DNA of 64,000 nucleotides from IMG/VR virus record IMGVR_UViG_3300025769_012879, positions 32,001 to 96,000 of that record; one strand, 5' to 3'. Under the pieces are notes generated by a model. The model was given only the letters and a program-made list of their open reading frames with translations, had not been told where the DNA came from and did no database searches. The DNA is from a virus. Below are positions 10,797 to 19,641 of this stretch, one piece after another; position 1 is the stretch's first letter; every line of letters starts with the position of its first letter. The position numbers and the translations under genes are program-made.

Positions 10797-10979
10797 ATGA
10801 TTTTATCTGATCAAGCGTTAGGTGCAGTAATGATGGCACTACAGAAATCTTTACTAGAACAATCAGACATTGTTCCAGTTTTAAAGAGTTTTAATTTTAC
10901 AGCAGATGGAGAGGAGTTAACAGTTGACAACCCACCATCATTCAAGTTGGACGAGTTTGATGATGCAGAAGATAGTTGA
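10797..10979 (+). CDS. Small hypothetical protein
   Basis: 60-aa ORF with GGAGG RBS, tightly packed. Confidence 0.7.
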   Translation: MILSDQALGAVMMALQKSLLEQSDIVPVLKSFNFTADGEELTVDNPPSFKLDEFDDAEDS

Positions 10980-11319
10980 GAAACCTTGGGGGCATGAAAA
11001 GATTATCGTTCATACTGACAAGTATGTTATGAAAAAACTGTTCATTAAAGCAGGTCAGCGATTGTCTAGGCAGTTTCATGTCCAGAAAGACGAAACAGTA
11101 TATGTTTGCCAGGGAATGCTTCTTCTAGATTTGTCAAGAAATGATAATGAGAGTAATATTGTGAAACTGAAAGAGGGTAAGTCTTGGAGAATTACACCAA
11201 ATACAATTCACAGATTTACTGCACCAGAGAATCAAGATGTTGTACTATATGAGGTCTCAACACCAGAATTAGACGATGTTGTACGCCTTTCAGACGATTA
11301 TGGGAGAGCAGGTGCCTAA
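10960..11319 (+). CDS. Cupin protein (mannose-6-phosphate isomerase type II C-terminal-like)
   Basis: VEKPWG, LSRQFHVQKDET, HRF, EVSTPELDDVVRLSDDYGR. Confidence 0.85.
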   Translation: MMQKIVEKPWGHEKIIVHTDKYVMKKLFIKAGQRLSRQFHVQKDETVYVCQGMLLLDLSRNDNESNIVKLKEGKSWRITPNTIHRFTAPENQDVVLYEVSTPELDDVVRLSDDYGRAGA

Positions 11320-11578
11320 GTATCATTATAAATGTAACAGTTGTACGAGAGAGTGGTGGGAGTGGTTACCCGTTTCCGAATCAAATAGAAAGGTATGCCC
11401 TCATTGTCAGGGACCACCCCCACAAAAAATTCCCACTGGATTCACGGTGATCGGAGGGAAAGTTGAAGAAAAAAAAGATTCCAAAGAAAATGTAGTATCT
11501 CATATTGAAGAAAATAGAGAAATTCTTAAAAAAATGAGAGAACAAGCAAAAACCAAGGATGTGTTTGAAAATGATTGA
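11312..11578 (+). CDS. FmdB-like zinc-ribbon protein
   Basis: GTG start gives MPKYHYKCNSC...CPHC, the FmdB-type pattern. Confidence 0.7.
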   Translation: MPKYHYKCNSCTREWWEWLPVSESNRKVCPHCQGPPPQKIPTGFTVIGGKVEEKKDSKENVVSHIEENREILKKMREQAKTKDVFEND

Positions 11579-11843
11579 AAGTTTAGCAATAATAGGGACA
11601 ATAATCTTTATTGGTCTTTTTTTCGGGTCTGTTTGGTTCAATGTGTTTTTAATAAGAAAACTTTTGTACTTCAATGAAAATTTTGATCAGATTGATCTAT
11701 CGGTGGATAGTTTTACAAAACACCTAGAGGAGTTGTATGATTTGCCGATGTTTTATGGCGATGAGAATTTAGAAAAATTATTAGAGCATTCAAGAGAGTT
11801 AAGAAGAGATTTAGAAGAGTTTAAGAGCAAATATTCACAATGA
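11571..11843 (+). CDS. Membrane-anchored hypothetical protein
   Basis: N-terminal hydrophobic helix followed by a helical soluble part; overlaps both neighbours. Confidence 0.65.
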   Translation: MIESLAIIGTIIFIGLFFGSVWFNVFLIRKLLYFNENFDQIDLSVDSFTKHLEELYDLPMFYGDENLEKLLEHSRELRRDLEEFKSKYSQ

Positions 11844-12529
11844 GAAAAAGAAAAAAGAGAACAAAAAATTTATATTTTACTAAGATACATGAAGAAGCGA
11901 TAGTGCAATACGCAAGATCAACAAACTTGGCAGAAAAAACAAAACTATACGCGACATTAATACAACCAGCATTTAATGAACTTGTAGATAAGATTGTTTA
12001 CACATATAAGTTTAACAATCTTCCAAATATTGATTATTTAAAGGATGATTGTAAGGTTTGGTTGACAACAATCTTGGATAAGTATAATCCAGATAGAGGG
12101 TCTAAGGCATTCTCATATTTCAGCGTAATCACCAAGAACTGGTTCATCCATAAGGTAAAAAAGAACGCTCAGGCAGCAAAGAGAGAGATTCCCATGGAAG
12201 ACGTCCTAAAGACTTCTCAGAGTGAATTTATTGTAGTTGACAACCCCTACGAGAGAGACCGTGAGAAAAGAGAGTTTTGGGAGTCGCTCACATTGTTTGT
12301 GAAGAGTTTGGAAAAGAACACCTCGGTAATTAAAAACGAAAATGATCGTAAAGTCATATCTTCAATTGAATATATGCTTGAAAACATGGATAAATTAGAA
12401 ATTTTAAATAAAAAAGCAATTTATTTATACTTGCGTGAAATGACAGGGTTGACAACAAAGCAATTAGCACCAACACTTAGAAAGGTTAAGGTAGAATACA
12501 GGCATTTCATTACAAAATGGAATAACTAA
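11840..12529 (+). CDS. Phage late-transcription sigma factor (T4 gp55-like)
   Basis: KYNPDRGSKAFSYFSVITKNWF matches the sigma region 2 pattern of gp55-like proteins; directly precedes the virion genes. Confidence 0.75.
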   Translation: MRKRKKRTKNLYFTKIHEEAIVQYARSTNLAEKTKLYATLIQPAFNELVDKIVYTYKFNNLPNIDYLKDDCKVWLTTILDKYNPDRGSKAFSYFSVITKNWFIHKVKKNAQAAKREIPMEDVLKTSQSEFIVVDNPYERDREKREFWESLTLFVKSLEKNTSVIKNENDRKVISSIEYMLENMDKLEILNKKAIYLYLREMTGLTTKQLAPTLRKVKVEYRHFITKWNN

Positions 12530-12543
12530 ATTTAAAGTTATTT

Positions 12544-12551
12544 CTATTTAT
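12544..12551 (+). promoter_or_regulatory. Candidate late promoter CTATTTAT
   Basis: Intergenic, 23 nt before ATG 12567, upstream of a GAGGT RBS; same motif recurs before other structural genes. Confidence 0.55.
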
Positions 12552-12566
12552 TTTTGAGGTGTTTTC

Positions 12567-12881
12567 ATGAATAAAGAAAAACTTATAGAAGAAGCGCTAA
12601 ATAACATTCGTAATGATAGAAGCACTACAGAGAACCTATTAGTAGATCTACAGCAAGAAATAAACCAAAATCAGGTTGAAAATGTAAAAGCGGGCATAGT
12701 GGCAGCAAAGTATGTTGAAACACTTCAACGTTCAAATGAACAACTTGTAAAGGTTCTTCATTTAATTCAAAAAGCAGAACAGCAAAATGGCAGTATTGAA
12801 CTATCTGACAATGAAAAAGATAATCTCTTTGAGTTGATTCAAGGGGAAATGAACGAACGAGCAGCAGGTGATGAAGGGTGA
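12567..12881 (+). CDS. Hypothetical helical/coiled-coil protein
   Basis: 104-aa ORF with RBS; first gene after the candidate late promoter. Confidence 0.7.
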   Translation: MNKEKLIEEALNNIRNDRSTTENLLVDLQQEINQNQVENVKAGIVAAKYVETLQRSNEQLVKVLHLIQKAEQQNGSIELSDNEKDNLFELIQGEMNERAAGDEG

Positions 12882-13435
12882 AGTCTTATCAGAAATATAA
12901 AGTAGAAGACCGCGCCTTGGTAACTTCTGCTATGAGAGGAAAAATAATAAGTCCAGGCGTTGTGATTCAGCACACTCTCAATAATTTGGTGCATTCAGAA
13001 AAGTCTGAACAGGAAATATTCCCAGTTGCGGTCCCTTTAAGAAAGGTTGTGTACATCACAGGTGGTAAGGTTGATCCAAACCTCAGTAGATACTTTCTTA
13101 GTTACGAAAACAACACAGACGATTATGTTTTAATGTTTGTTGAAATCCCAGGGATTAGTTTGCCATATGGCAATTTTTTTAACAAAGAAATTTCAAAAGA
13201 AGAATTTGAAGACTCTCTTATACCAATTTACGTCAAAAAAGAGCACATAAAAGAAATACCAGAGATTGGATCTATAGTGCTGGTGAAATACGAGGATCCA
13301 TCAGATCCTCTAACAGCAGAATATAATGGATTGCCTAGCAAAGATATTAGTGATGGTTTTTACAACACATATCAAAAACCAACATCGGCACAGTCATCAT
13401 TTCCAAGTGGGGCACCAACAGGAGATGCAACATGA
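12878..13435 (+). CDS. Hypothetical protein, possibly OB-fold part of the baseplate spike
   Basis: IPEIGSIVLVKYED resembles the gp5/gpV OB-fold motif; coupled to the next gene. Confidence 0.4.
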   Translation: MKSYQKYKVEDRALVTSAMRGKIISPGVVIQHTLNNLVHSEKSEQEIFPVAVPLRKVVYITGGKVDPNLSRYFLSYENNTDDYVLMFVEIPGISLPYGNFFNKEISKEEFEDSLIPIYVKKEHIKEIPEIGSIVLVKYEDPSDPLTAEYNGLPSKDISDGFYNTYQKPTSAQSSFPSGAPTGDAT

Positions 13436-14460
13436 CAATCAATGGATCAGTTTTAGAAAGAATTAATGAAGAACTTGAGGAACAAAGAAAAGTTATTGCT
13501 GAGGTTTCAAAAGGTAACACTTCAGCAGCATTAAGAAAAAACTTACAAAAACCAGACTTTACTGAAAATTCTGTCCTCGGAGGAGTTGTCAATCCTGGTG
13601 AGGCAGATTCAGTAATCGCACAATTACAAGACGCAAGATATGGAACACCTTTTACTGGCAAGGGAAAGGGTGGTGATTTTTCTAATAAAATTGTAATTGG
13701 TGTTGGATTTTTAAATGAACAAAAAACAGATGGAGATGTAATAGATCTGTCAGATCCAAACTTAAGATATGGTGCTGGAATAACAATCTATCAAAGAACT
13801 GATGTTGGAAAACCAAATACATTTTTAAGAGATATTGGAGGCGAATCGGGATCTAATACTGAAGAAAGGCAAAAACGCACAGAAAGAATGGCAACCACAC
13901 CAACGCCACAAAAGGCAATCTCTCTTCTGGACATGACTGGTGATGTTGTTCAAATAAAAGGTCGACAACAAGTTAACATAATCTCAGGTTATGATTTTTC
14001 AATACCAAACTATGGAACAAGTAAAGACGAAAGAAGCAACACTGATTATTTGGGTGTAAATCTTATTGGTGGTGGCAACCCATCAGATGAGGAGTTGCGA
14101 AATACTTCAGGCGAGTTTGGTTTACAATCAATACCAAAGGGTGAAAATTTACAAGAAGCGTTGCAACAAATAGGAAATAGAATCAATGAAAATGCTAAAA
14201 TACTAGGTAAAGTTATTAGAGGTTTGGCGATTCTAGAATCGACGTTACTTGCTCACACGCATGTTGTTCAGGCTGGTCCATTTCCAGGTATTGCACCACC
14301 CAGTATTGATTTTGCTATAGGCAGTAGTGTTAGAATCCCCGCTTTGATTAAAACAGCGCTTTCAAGTTTGACGCAAGTTTACAATTCAACTGCTCAGAAG
14401 GTCAACATGTCTGTTGTCTCAAAGGGGCATATTAACAGTAGGTGGAATAAAACGAACTAA
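13432..14460 (+). CDS. Putative baseplate central spike (gp5/gpV-like C-terminal part)
   Basis: LQSIPKGENL followed by helix and HxH (LLAHTH); upstream of the gp25-like gene. Confidence 0.5.
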   Translation: MTINGSVLERINEELEEQRKVIAEVSKGNTSAALRKNLQKPDFTENSVLGGVVNPGEADSVIAQLQDARYGTPFTGKGKGGDFSNKIVIGVGFLNEQKTDGDVIDLSDPNLRYGAGITIYQRTDVGKPNTFLRDIGGESGSNTEERQKRTERMATTPTPQKAISLLDMTGDVVQIKGRQQVNIISGYDFSIPNYGTSKDERSNTDYLGVNLIGGGNPSDEELRNTSGEFGLQSIPKGENLQEALQQIGNRINENAKILGKVIRGLAILESTLLAHTHVVQAGPFPGIAPPSIDFAIGSSVRIPALIKTALSSLTQVYNSTAQKVNMSVVSKGHINSRWNKTN

Positions 14461-14461
14461 G

Positions 14462-16255
14462 ATGGCAACTAAACAAGAAGAAGCAAAAAAAGTAGCGGTA
14501 ACTGACGGTGGTGTAACACCACAAACAACAGCAGGTTGGGTAATTTCTACACAAGAAATAATTACACAACTTGATACGGGTGCAACTCAAATTGCAAATT
14601 TGACAAATCAGTTAAATGCAACACTGTCACAACTTGCTGGATTGGACTTAAATGGAAAGTGTAAGGGCGCGACGATTCCTACTACAGAGGGTGGGGATAC
14701 TTCTTTCTCAAGCGCAGCAAAAGGTTGTAACCCTTTCAGAGAAGATATTGAATCTCTTGGTGACGATCCTAGCGCAGCAGAAGTAACTGCTTTAGTTTTA
14801 AAAGTTATTGCCAAACTCACAGGACCGTCCAGGTTCCCAGCGTGCGTGTCAGAACAATACACCAAAATTTTAAGCATCATACCAGTTGAGTTTTATTTAC
14901 TTCTTTTACTAAAAAAACTTGTTGAAAATAGTTTAATAACTGTCGAAGAGATAGAAACTGTGGGTGCATGTAAAAATGTCCCAGGGTTAACTAAAAAGGT
15001 TAAGAACTTAGACTTCTCAATACCACAAGTACAAATTCCTACATTGCCGACACTGCCATATATTAATATTCCAGACCTGTATGACATTCTAATAAATTTA
15101 ATTTTAGAGGGCATCTGTTTTGGTTTGTGTACTGCTATAACACCGCTAATACAAAAATTAGCAGAAGCGGTGCAAGAATCAAATCAAAATGTTTTAGAGT
15201 CACTCTTCCCAGTAACAGAATCAGAGAGTCAACCTTTAAAGAAGGTACCAGTTGGTCAGTTCTTAAATGATGCTGTATTGACTGAAATAAAATCATTTGT
15301 TAATAAAAACATACCAAATCCTGATGACATCTCAAAAGAACAAATAAAAAATTACATTATTAATGTTCAATCAGATGACTCAATTACACAAGAACAATTT
15401 TTATTTTTATTATTGGGTAAACTTGACTGTGGAGTTGTTGAGAAGGTTCAAAAAATCCCTGAAACTATAAAAGTTTTTGATTTAGATAGTGAAAATAAAG
15501 TTTTAGGGTTCTTCTCTTTTGTTGGTAGCGTAATAAACATGTTAAGTTTTGCCAATTCATCAAAAACTGGTATTTGTGATCCAGATCCTTGTGAAATTAA
15601 TCCAGATACAGTACAAGGTATAAGTGACATATGTTCTCTATTTGCAGATCCAACCGCAAATATTTCAGCAAATGATCTGTTAAATGAGTCAGGTGTTTCA
15701 AACTTTATTTCTGATAATTTAAAAGAACTTTTTGATAATATTGCAAAATTAAATAAAACTTATAATCCAGTTATTGGACTTGAAGGCACAACCGATGACC
15801 CAGCAGAGGCAGCGAAACAGAGAGATAACATACAATCACAGTCATATATTAAAAAATACAGTGATTTTATTCTAAACTTTAATGAGATTTTAATCGTTTC
15901 ATATGATAATGTAAGTCAAACCACAGATTTTGAAAGAACAACTATAAGAGATGTAGTTTTTAAAATTAGAGACAAGTATTATCTTGAAACATTCCCATTC
16001 GCTCGCGTTTATGCGCTTAAGGAGTTACAAGGTCAGCAAAAATTGATTTCATCAGATGATTTTACTGGTAATAACGGCATAACAAATATTGGTTTGTCAC
16101 CAAAATCAGATTTTAAATATAATGGATATTCTAGATTTTCTAGTCAGCAAATAAAGAACAAACTAAATGCTTTATCCGAAGATCTCGATATAAAAATAGA
16201 AGAGACTAATTCTGACATGGAAGACTTTTTGCTTCTGAAGGCAGAATACTTATAA
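14462..16255 (+). CDS. Hypothetical virion/baseplate-region protein
   Basis: Long ORF between spike and wedge genes; helical, several Cys. Confidence 0.6.
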   Translation: MATKQEEAKKVAVTDGGVTPQTTAGWVISTQEIITQLDTGATQIANLTNQLNATLSQLAGLDLNGKCKGATIPTTEGGDTSFSSAAKGCNPFREDIESLGDDPSAAEVTALVLKVIAKLTGPSRFPACVSEQYTKILSIIPVEFYLLLLLKKLVENSLITVEEIETVGACKNVPGLTKKVKNLDFSIPQVQIPTLPTLPYINIPDLYDILINLILEGICFGLCTAITPLIQKLAEAVQESNQNVLESLFPVTESESQPLKKVPVGQFLNDAVLTEIKSFVNKNIPNPDDISKEQIKNYIINVQSDDSITQEQFLFLLLGKLDCGVVEKVQKIPETIKVFDLDSENKVLGFFSFVGSVINMLSFANSSKTGICDPDPCEINPDTVQGISDICSLFADPTANISANDLLNESGVSNFISDNLKELFDNIAKLNKTYNPVIGLEGTTDDPAEAAKQRDNIQSQSYIKKYSDFILNFNEILIVSYDNVSQTTDFERTTIRDVVFKIRDKYYLETFPFARVYALKELQGQQKLISSDDFTGNNGITNIGLSPKSDFKYNGYSRFSSQQIKNKLNALSEDLDIKIEETNSDMEDFLLLKAEYL

Positions 16256-16273
16256 CTAAAGGCGTTGATATAG

Positions 16274-17455
16274 ATGATAGGTTTTAAACAGTATACAATA
16301 GCAGCATTAGAATACTTGATTGGTGAAAGAATGAGAAATTATTTTCTCTTTTACTATGGTCCAAGAATTCTTTTATATGTTGAAAATAGAGATTTTTTTT
16401 ACAAAGGCGATAACTTAATAACTGTAGAAGAGGGCGCACAGAAAACTTATGATCTTTACAGAAACAATACAAAAGTTTTATACCCTGAAGATACAAGTTT
16501 TGATTTTGGTACCATAAGTGAGAGCACGCTGCCTTATTATGAATTTGCAGCAGATTACTTAAAACAGAATGGCAGAGTTGCAACAATAACACCGCCTGAC
16601 CCTAGCGTGAGCATAACACCTCTTAGAGAACTATTTTTTCAACAATTATATAAATTTAAGTTGCAAATTAGTTTAGATATTACTGCACTTTCTGTAGATC
16701 AGCGCACTGTTATAAAAGACTTTTTAGATTATTTAAAAACACCTACTGAAAGTTCTCAAAAAATAGCACTAGATGAGAGCGAATATGATTTGCAACTTAG
16801 AACGCTATTAAACGGTTCTAATTTTTCAGTATTTAAGTTTTTTAAATTTCAAAATGACGTAGGTCAAGATTCAGGACCTTGTTGTGCTTTTGCGGATAAA
16901 ATGCCATTGCAACCAAGCGTTGAAGGATCGCAAGACCCGCTTGAACTAGAACCAAGCAGGGCGCTTGTTTCATTTTCGGCGTCTACTACAGAATTAGATA
17001 AGAAACTGGCAAGAATTATAAAGGCATGTGCGGGGTTTGGAACTGATGAGAAGGCAATTAAAGATACAGTTAAAAACATGAGTCAAGCGGAAAAGTGTTA
17101 TGTTTGTAAAAGGAAGAAAGAGTTTAAAGGTCCAAGATCCATTCTTGCAGAGATTGAGAGCGAGTTGAGTGGTACTACACTTTTATTTGTTTATGATGCC
17201 TTAAATTGTAAACAATTCGGATGGAGTAAAAAAGAAGGAAATGTTAAAGGATCAACAATTGCACAAGGATCTGCTGCGGCATCAAAGTGTAAAAAACCTT
17301 TTGAAGAGCAGAATGTTGACAAAGGTGATTTTTCAAATATTGCAGATGTTGCAGACAGTAAAAAGTTCTACAGAAACATTGCCTTGAGGAACGCGGTGAA
17401 TAATACGAATGATATTATAGATCAGAACCTAATTAGTGTAATAGACGGAGAGTAA
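16274..17455 (+). CDS. Hypothetical protein with one annexin-like repeat
   Basis: IIKACAGFGTDEKAI...ILAEIESELSG. Confidence 0.6.
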   Translation: MIGFKQYTIAALEYLIGERMRNYFLFYYGPRILLYVENRDFFYKGDNLITVEEGAQKTYDLYRNNTKVLYPEDTSFDFGTISESTLPYYEFAADYLKQNGRVATITPPDPSVSITPLRELFFQQLYKFKLQISLDITALSVDQRTVIKDFLDYLKTPTESSQKIALDESEYDLQLRTLLNGSNFSVFKFFKFQNDVGQDSGPCCAFADKMPLQPSVEGSQDPLELEPSRALVSFSASTTELDKKLARIIKACAGFGTDEKAIKDTVKNMSQAEKCYVCKRKKEFKGPRSILAEIESELSGTTLLFVYDALNCKQFGWSKKEGNVKGSTIAQGSAAASKCKKPFEEQNVDKGDFSNIADVADSKKFYRNIALRNAVNNTNDIIDQNLISVIDGE

Positions 17456-17458
17456 AAA

Positions 17459-17839
17459 ATGCCAGTAGGTATATCAGCAAAACTTCCACTTGCATACACA
17501 AAGGTCGACGGACCATATCTTTTAACAAAAGATTTGCAAGAAAATGCAAGACAGAATTTAAAAAATTTAATTTTTACAATTCCTGGTGAAAGAATTATGA
17601 ATACTGATTTTGGCGTTGGGTTTAGTTCTTTATTGTTTGAGAATTACAACCAACAAATGATTGAGGGGTTGAAGGAAAGACTATTTACACAGGTGGATAG
17701 ATATCTACCATTTATAAATATTTTAAATGTAATTACTAGAATAGAGGAAAACACTGCTTATTTGAGAGTTGAATATTACATACCAAACATTGCAGTTTCT
17801 GATACTTTGGAACTTGACGTTAAAAATAATTTTGAGTAG
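17459..17839 (+). CDS. Baseplate wedge subunit, gp25/GPW-like
   Basis: QNLKNLIFTIPGERIMNTDFGVG...LFE...YLPFINI. Confidence 0.88.
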   Translation: MPVGISAKLPLAYTKVDGPYLLTKDLQENARQNLKNLIFTIPGERIMNTDFGVGFSSLLFENYNQQMIEGLKERLFTQVDRYLPFINILNVITRIEENTAYLRVEYYIPNIAVSDTLELDVKNNFE

Positions 17840-17847
17840 GGAAAGAG

Positions 17848-19641
17848 ATGCCAAATAAAAAAGTAAAACCAGTAAAATATGCCAGCAAAAACTTTGAAGA
17901 AATAAAGCAACAGTTGGTGACATATGCAAAAACTTATTATCCTGATACATACAAGGATTTTAATCAGGCGTCTTTTGGTTCTTTAATGCTTGACACAGTT
18001 GCCTACATAGGTGACATGCTTTCGTTTTATATCGATTATCAATCAAACGAATCTTTTATTGATAGCGCAATAGAAACTCAGAATCTTTTAAAGTTAGCAA
18101 AGCAATTTGGATATAAAAACCCTGCTTCTTTTTCATCAGCAGGCAAATGCGCCTTTTATGTTCAGGTCCCTGCCAATACTGATGGAACACAAAATTTCGA
18201 TTTAATTCCTACTCTTAAAGAGGGAACAACTCTTTCAAGTAACACCGGAACATCATTTACACTTACATCAGATGTAGACTTCACAAAAACAGATACAGAA
18301 ATTGTTGTTGCAGCAGAAGTTGAAGGAGTTCCAACAATATATGCCTATAAGTCTTACGGCGATGTTTTATCTGGTATTATAGAGACTGAGATATTGGAAG
18401 TCACCCAATACGAAAAGTTTTTAAAATTAACTTTGGATGCAGATGAGATAACTGAAATTATTTCTGTAGTGGATAAAGAGGGTAATGAGTATTATGAGGT
18501 TCCCTATCTTTCTCACAATGTAATTCTACAACCAATAAGAAATCCAAATATTGAAGGCGGCGAAGATGCCCCATATATTTTAAGAGAGAAATTGTCATCT
18601 AGAAGATTCATAGTTGACGTTGATGAGAACGGTAAAACCTCCTTACAGTTTGGATATGGTTCAGAAGACAGCATAAAAGAAGATGATTACCCTGATCCAT
18701 CTAGAACTTCATTGCAGAGGTATGCCAGAACATATTATTCAGACGATAGTTTTGATCCAAATGTTTTATTGGAAAATGATAAGTTTGGTGTCGTACCACC
18801 TGTTGGTGGATTAAGTGTAACTTTTAGACGCAACAATGGTGATTCTGTTAATGTGCCAGTAAATTCTGTAGATTCTGTTGATGAACCACAATTATCTTTT
18901 AACACTGATAGTCCTCCCTCTTCTGAGAATCTTTCTTTTATCAGATCATCACTTGATGTTGATAACGAAGAAGCAATATTGGGGAATGTCGCAGATGTTA
19001 CCCAGGAAGAAATTAGAATCAGAGCATTAAACGCCTATTCTTTGCAGAATAGAGCAGTGACTCAACAAGATTACATTAGTTTAATATATCGAATGCCAGC
19101 AAAGTTTGGCGCTATTAAAAGAGCAAATATCGTTCAGGACAAGGATTCATTTAAAAGAAACTTAAACTTGTACGTCATATCTGAGGATATAGATGGAAAT
19201 CTAACAACAACACCATCAACAGTCAAAGAGAATTTGAAGGTTTGGTTGAATCAATATAAAATGATTAATGACACAATCGATATTTTAGATGGGTATGTGG
19301 TAAATTATTTTGTAGAATACAAAGTTTTGGGCGCATTAGATTACTCACAGTCAGAAGTTTTAAACCAGTGTAATGACGCAATAAAGCAGTTGTTGGCAAC
19401 TCAATCTTTGTTTGGGCAACCATTTTACATTTCTGACATCTATAAAGTATTAAATGATCTTGATTCTGTTATTGACACTCAAGATGTGCAAATTAAACAA
19501 AGATTTGGTGAAAATTATAGTCCATTTGCTTTTGATATCAACGGTGCAACAACTGACGATGGCAGATTTATCATTGTACCAGAAAATGCAATTATGGAAT
19601 TAAAATCACCAGATGAAAATATTATTGGAGTGGTAGTCTAA
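17848..19641 (+). CDS. Baseplate wedge protein, T4 gp6/baseplate J-like
   Basis: YPDTYKDFNQASFG.LMLD..AYIGD.LSFY.D, LQFGYG, QNRAVTQQDY. Confidence 0.88.
   Translation: MPNKKVKPVKYASKNFEEIKQQLVTYAKTYYPDTYKDFNQASFGSLMLDTVAYIGDMLSFYIDYQSNESFIDSAIETQNLLKLAKQFGYKNPASFSSAGKCAFYVQVPANTDGTQNFDLIPTLKEGTTLSSNTGTSFTLTSDVDFTKTDTEIVVAAEVEGVPTIYAYKSYGDVLSGIIETEILEVTQYEKFLKLTLDADEITEIISVVDKEGNEYYEVPYLSHNVILQPIRNPNIEGGEDAPYILREKLSSRRFIVDVDENGKTSLQFGYGSEDSIKEDDYPDPSRTSLQRYARTYYSDDSFDPNVLLENDKFGVVPPVGGLSVTFRRNNGDSVNVPVNSVDSVDEPQLSFNTDSPPSSENLSFIRSSLDVDNEEAILGNVADVTQEEIRIRALNAYSLQNRAVTQQDYISLIYRMPAKFGAIKRANIVQDKDSFKRNLNLYVISEDIDGNLTTTPSTVKENLKVWLNQYKMINDTIDILDGYVVNYFVEYKVLGALDYSQSEVLNQCNDAIKQLLATQSLFGQPFYISDIYKVLNDLDSVIDTQDVQIKQRFGENYSPFAFDINGATTDDGRFIIVPENAIMELKSPDENIIGVVV

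Noticed and set aside
1-11319. Bacterial chromosomal O-antigen locus or prophage boundary
   Set aside because: No integrase, att-like repeat or compositional break; same strand, same RGCY avoidance and continuous gene packing into the phage sigma factor
16253-16276. Readthrough joining the in-frame ORFs 14462 and 16274
   Set aside because: Two stops (TAA and TAG) separate them
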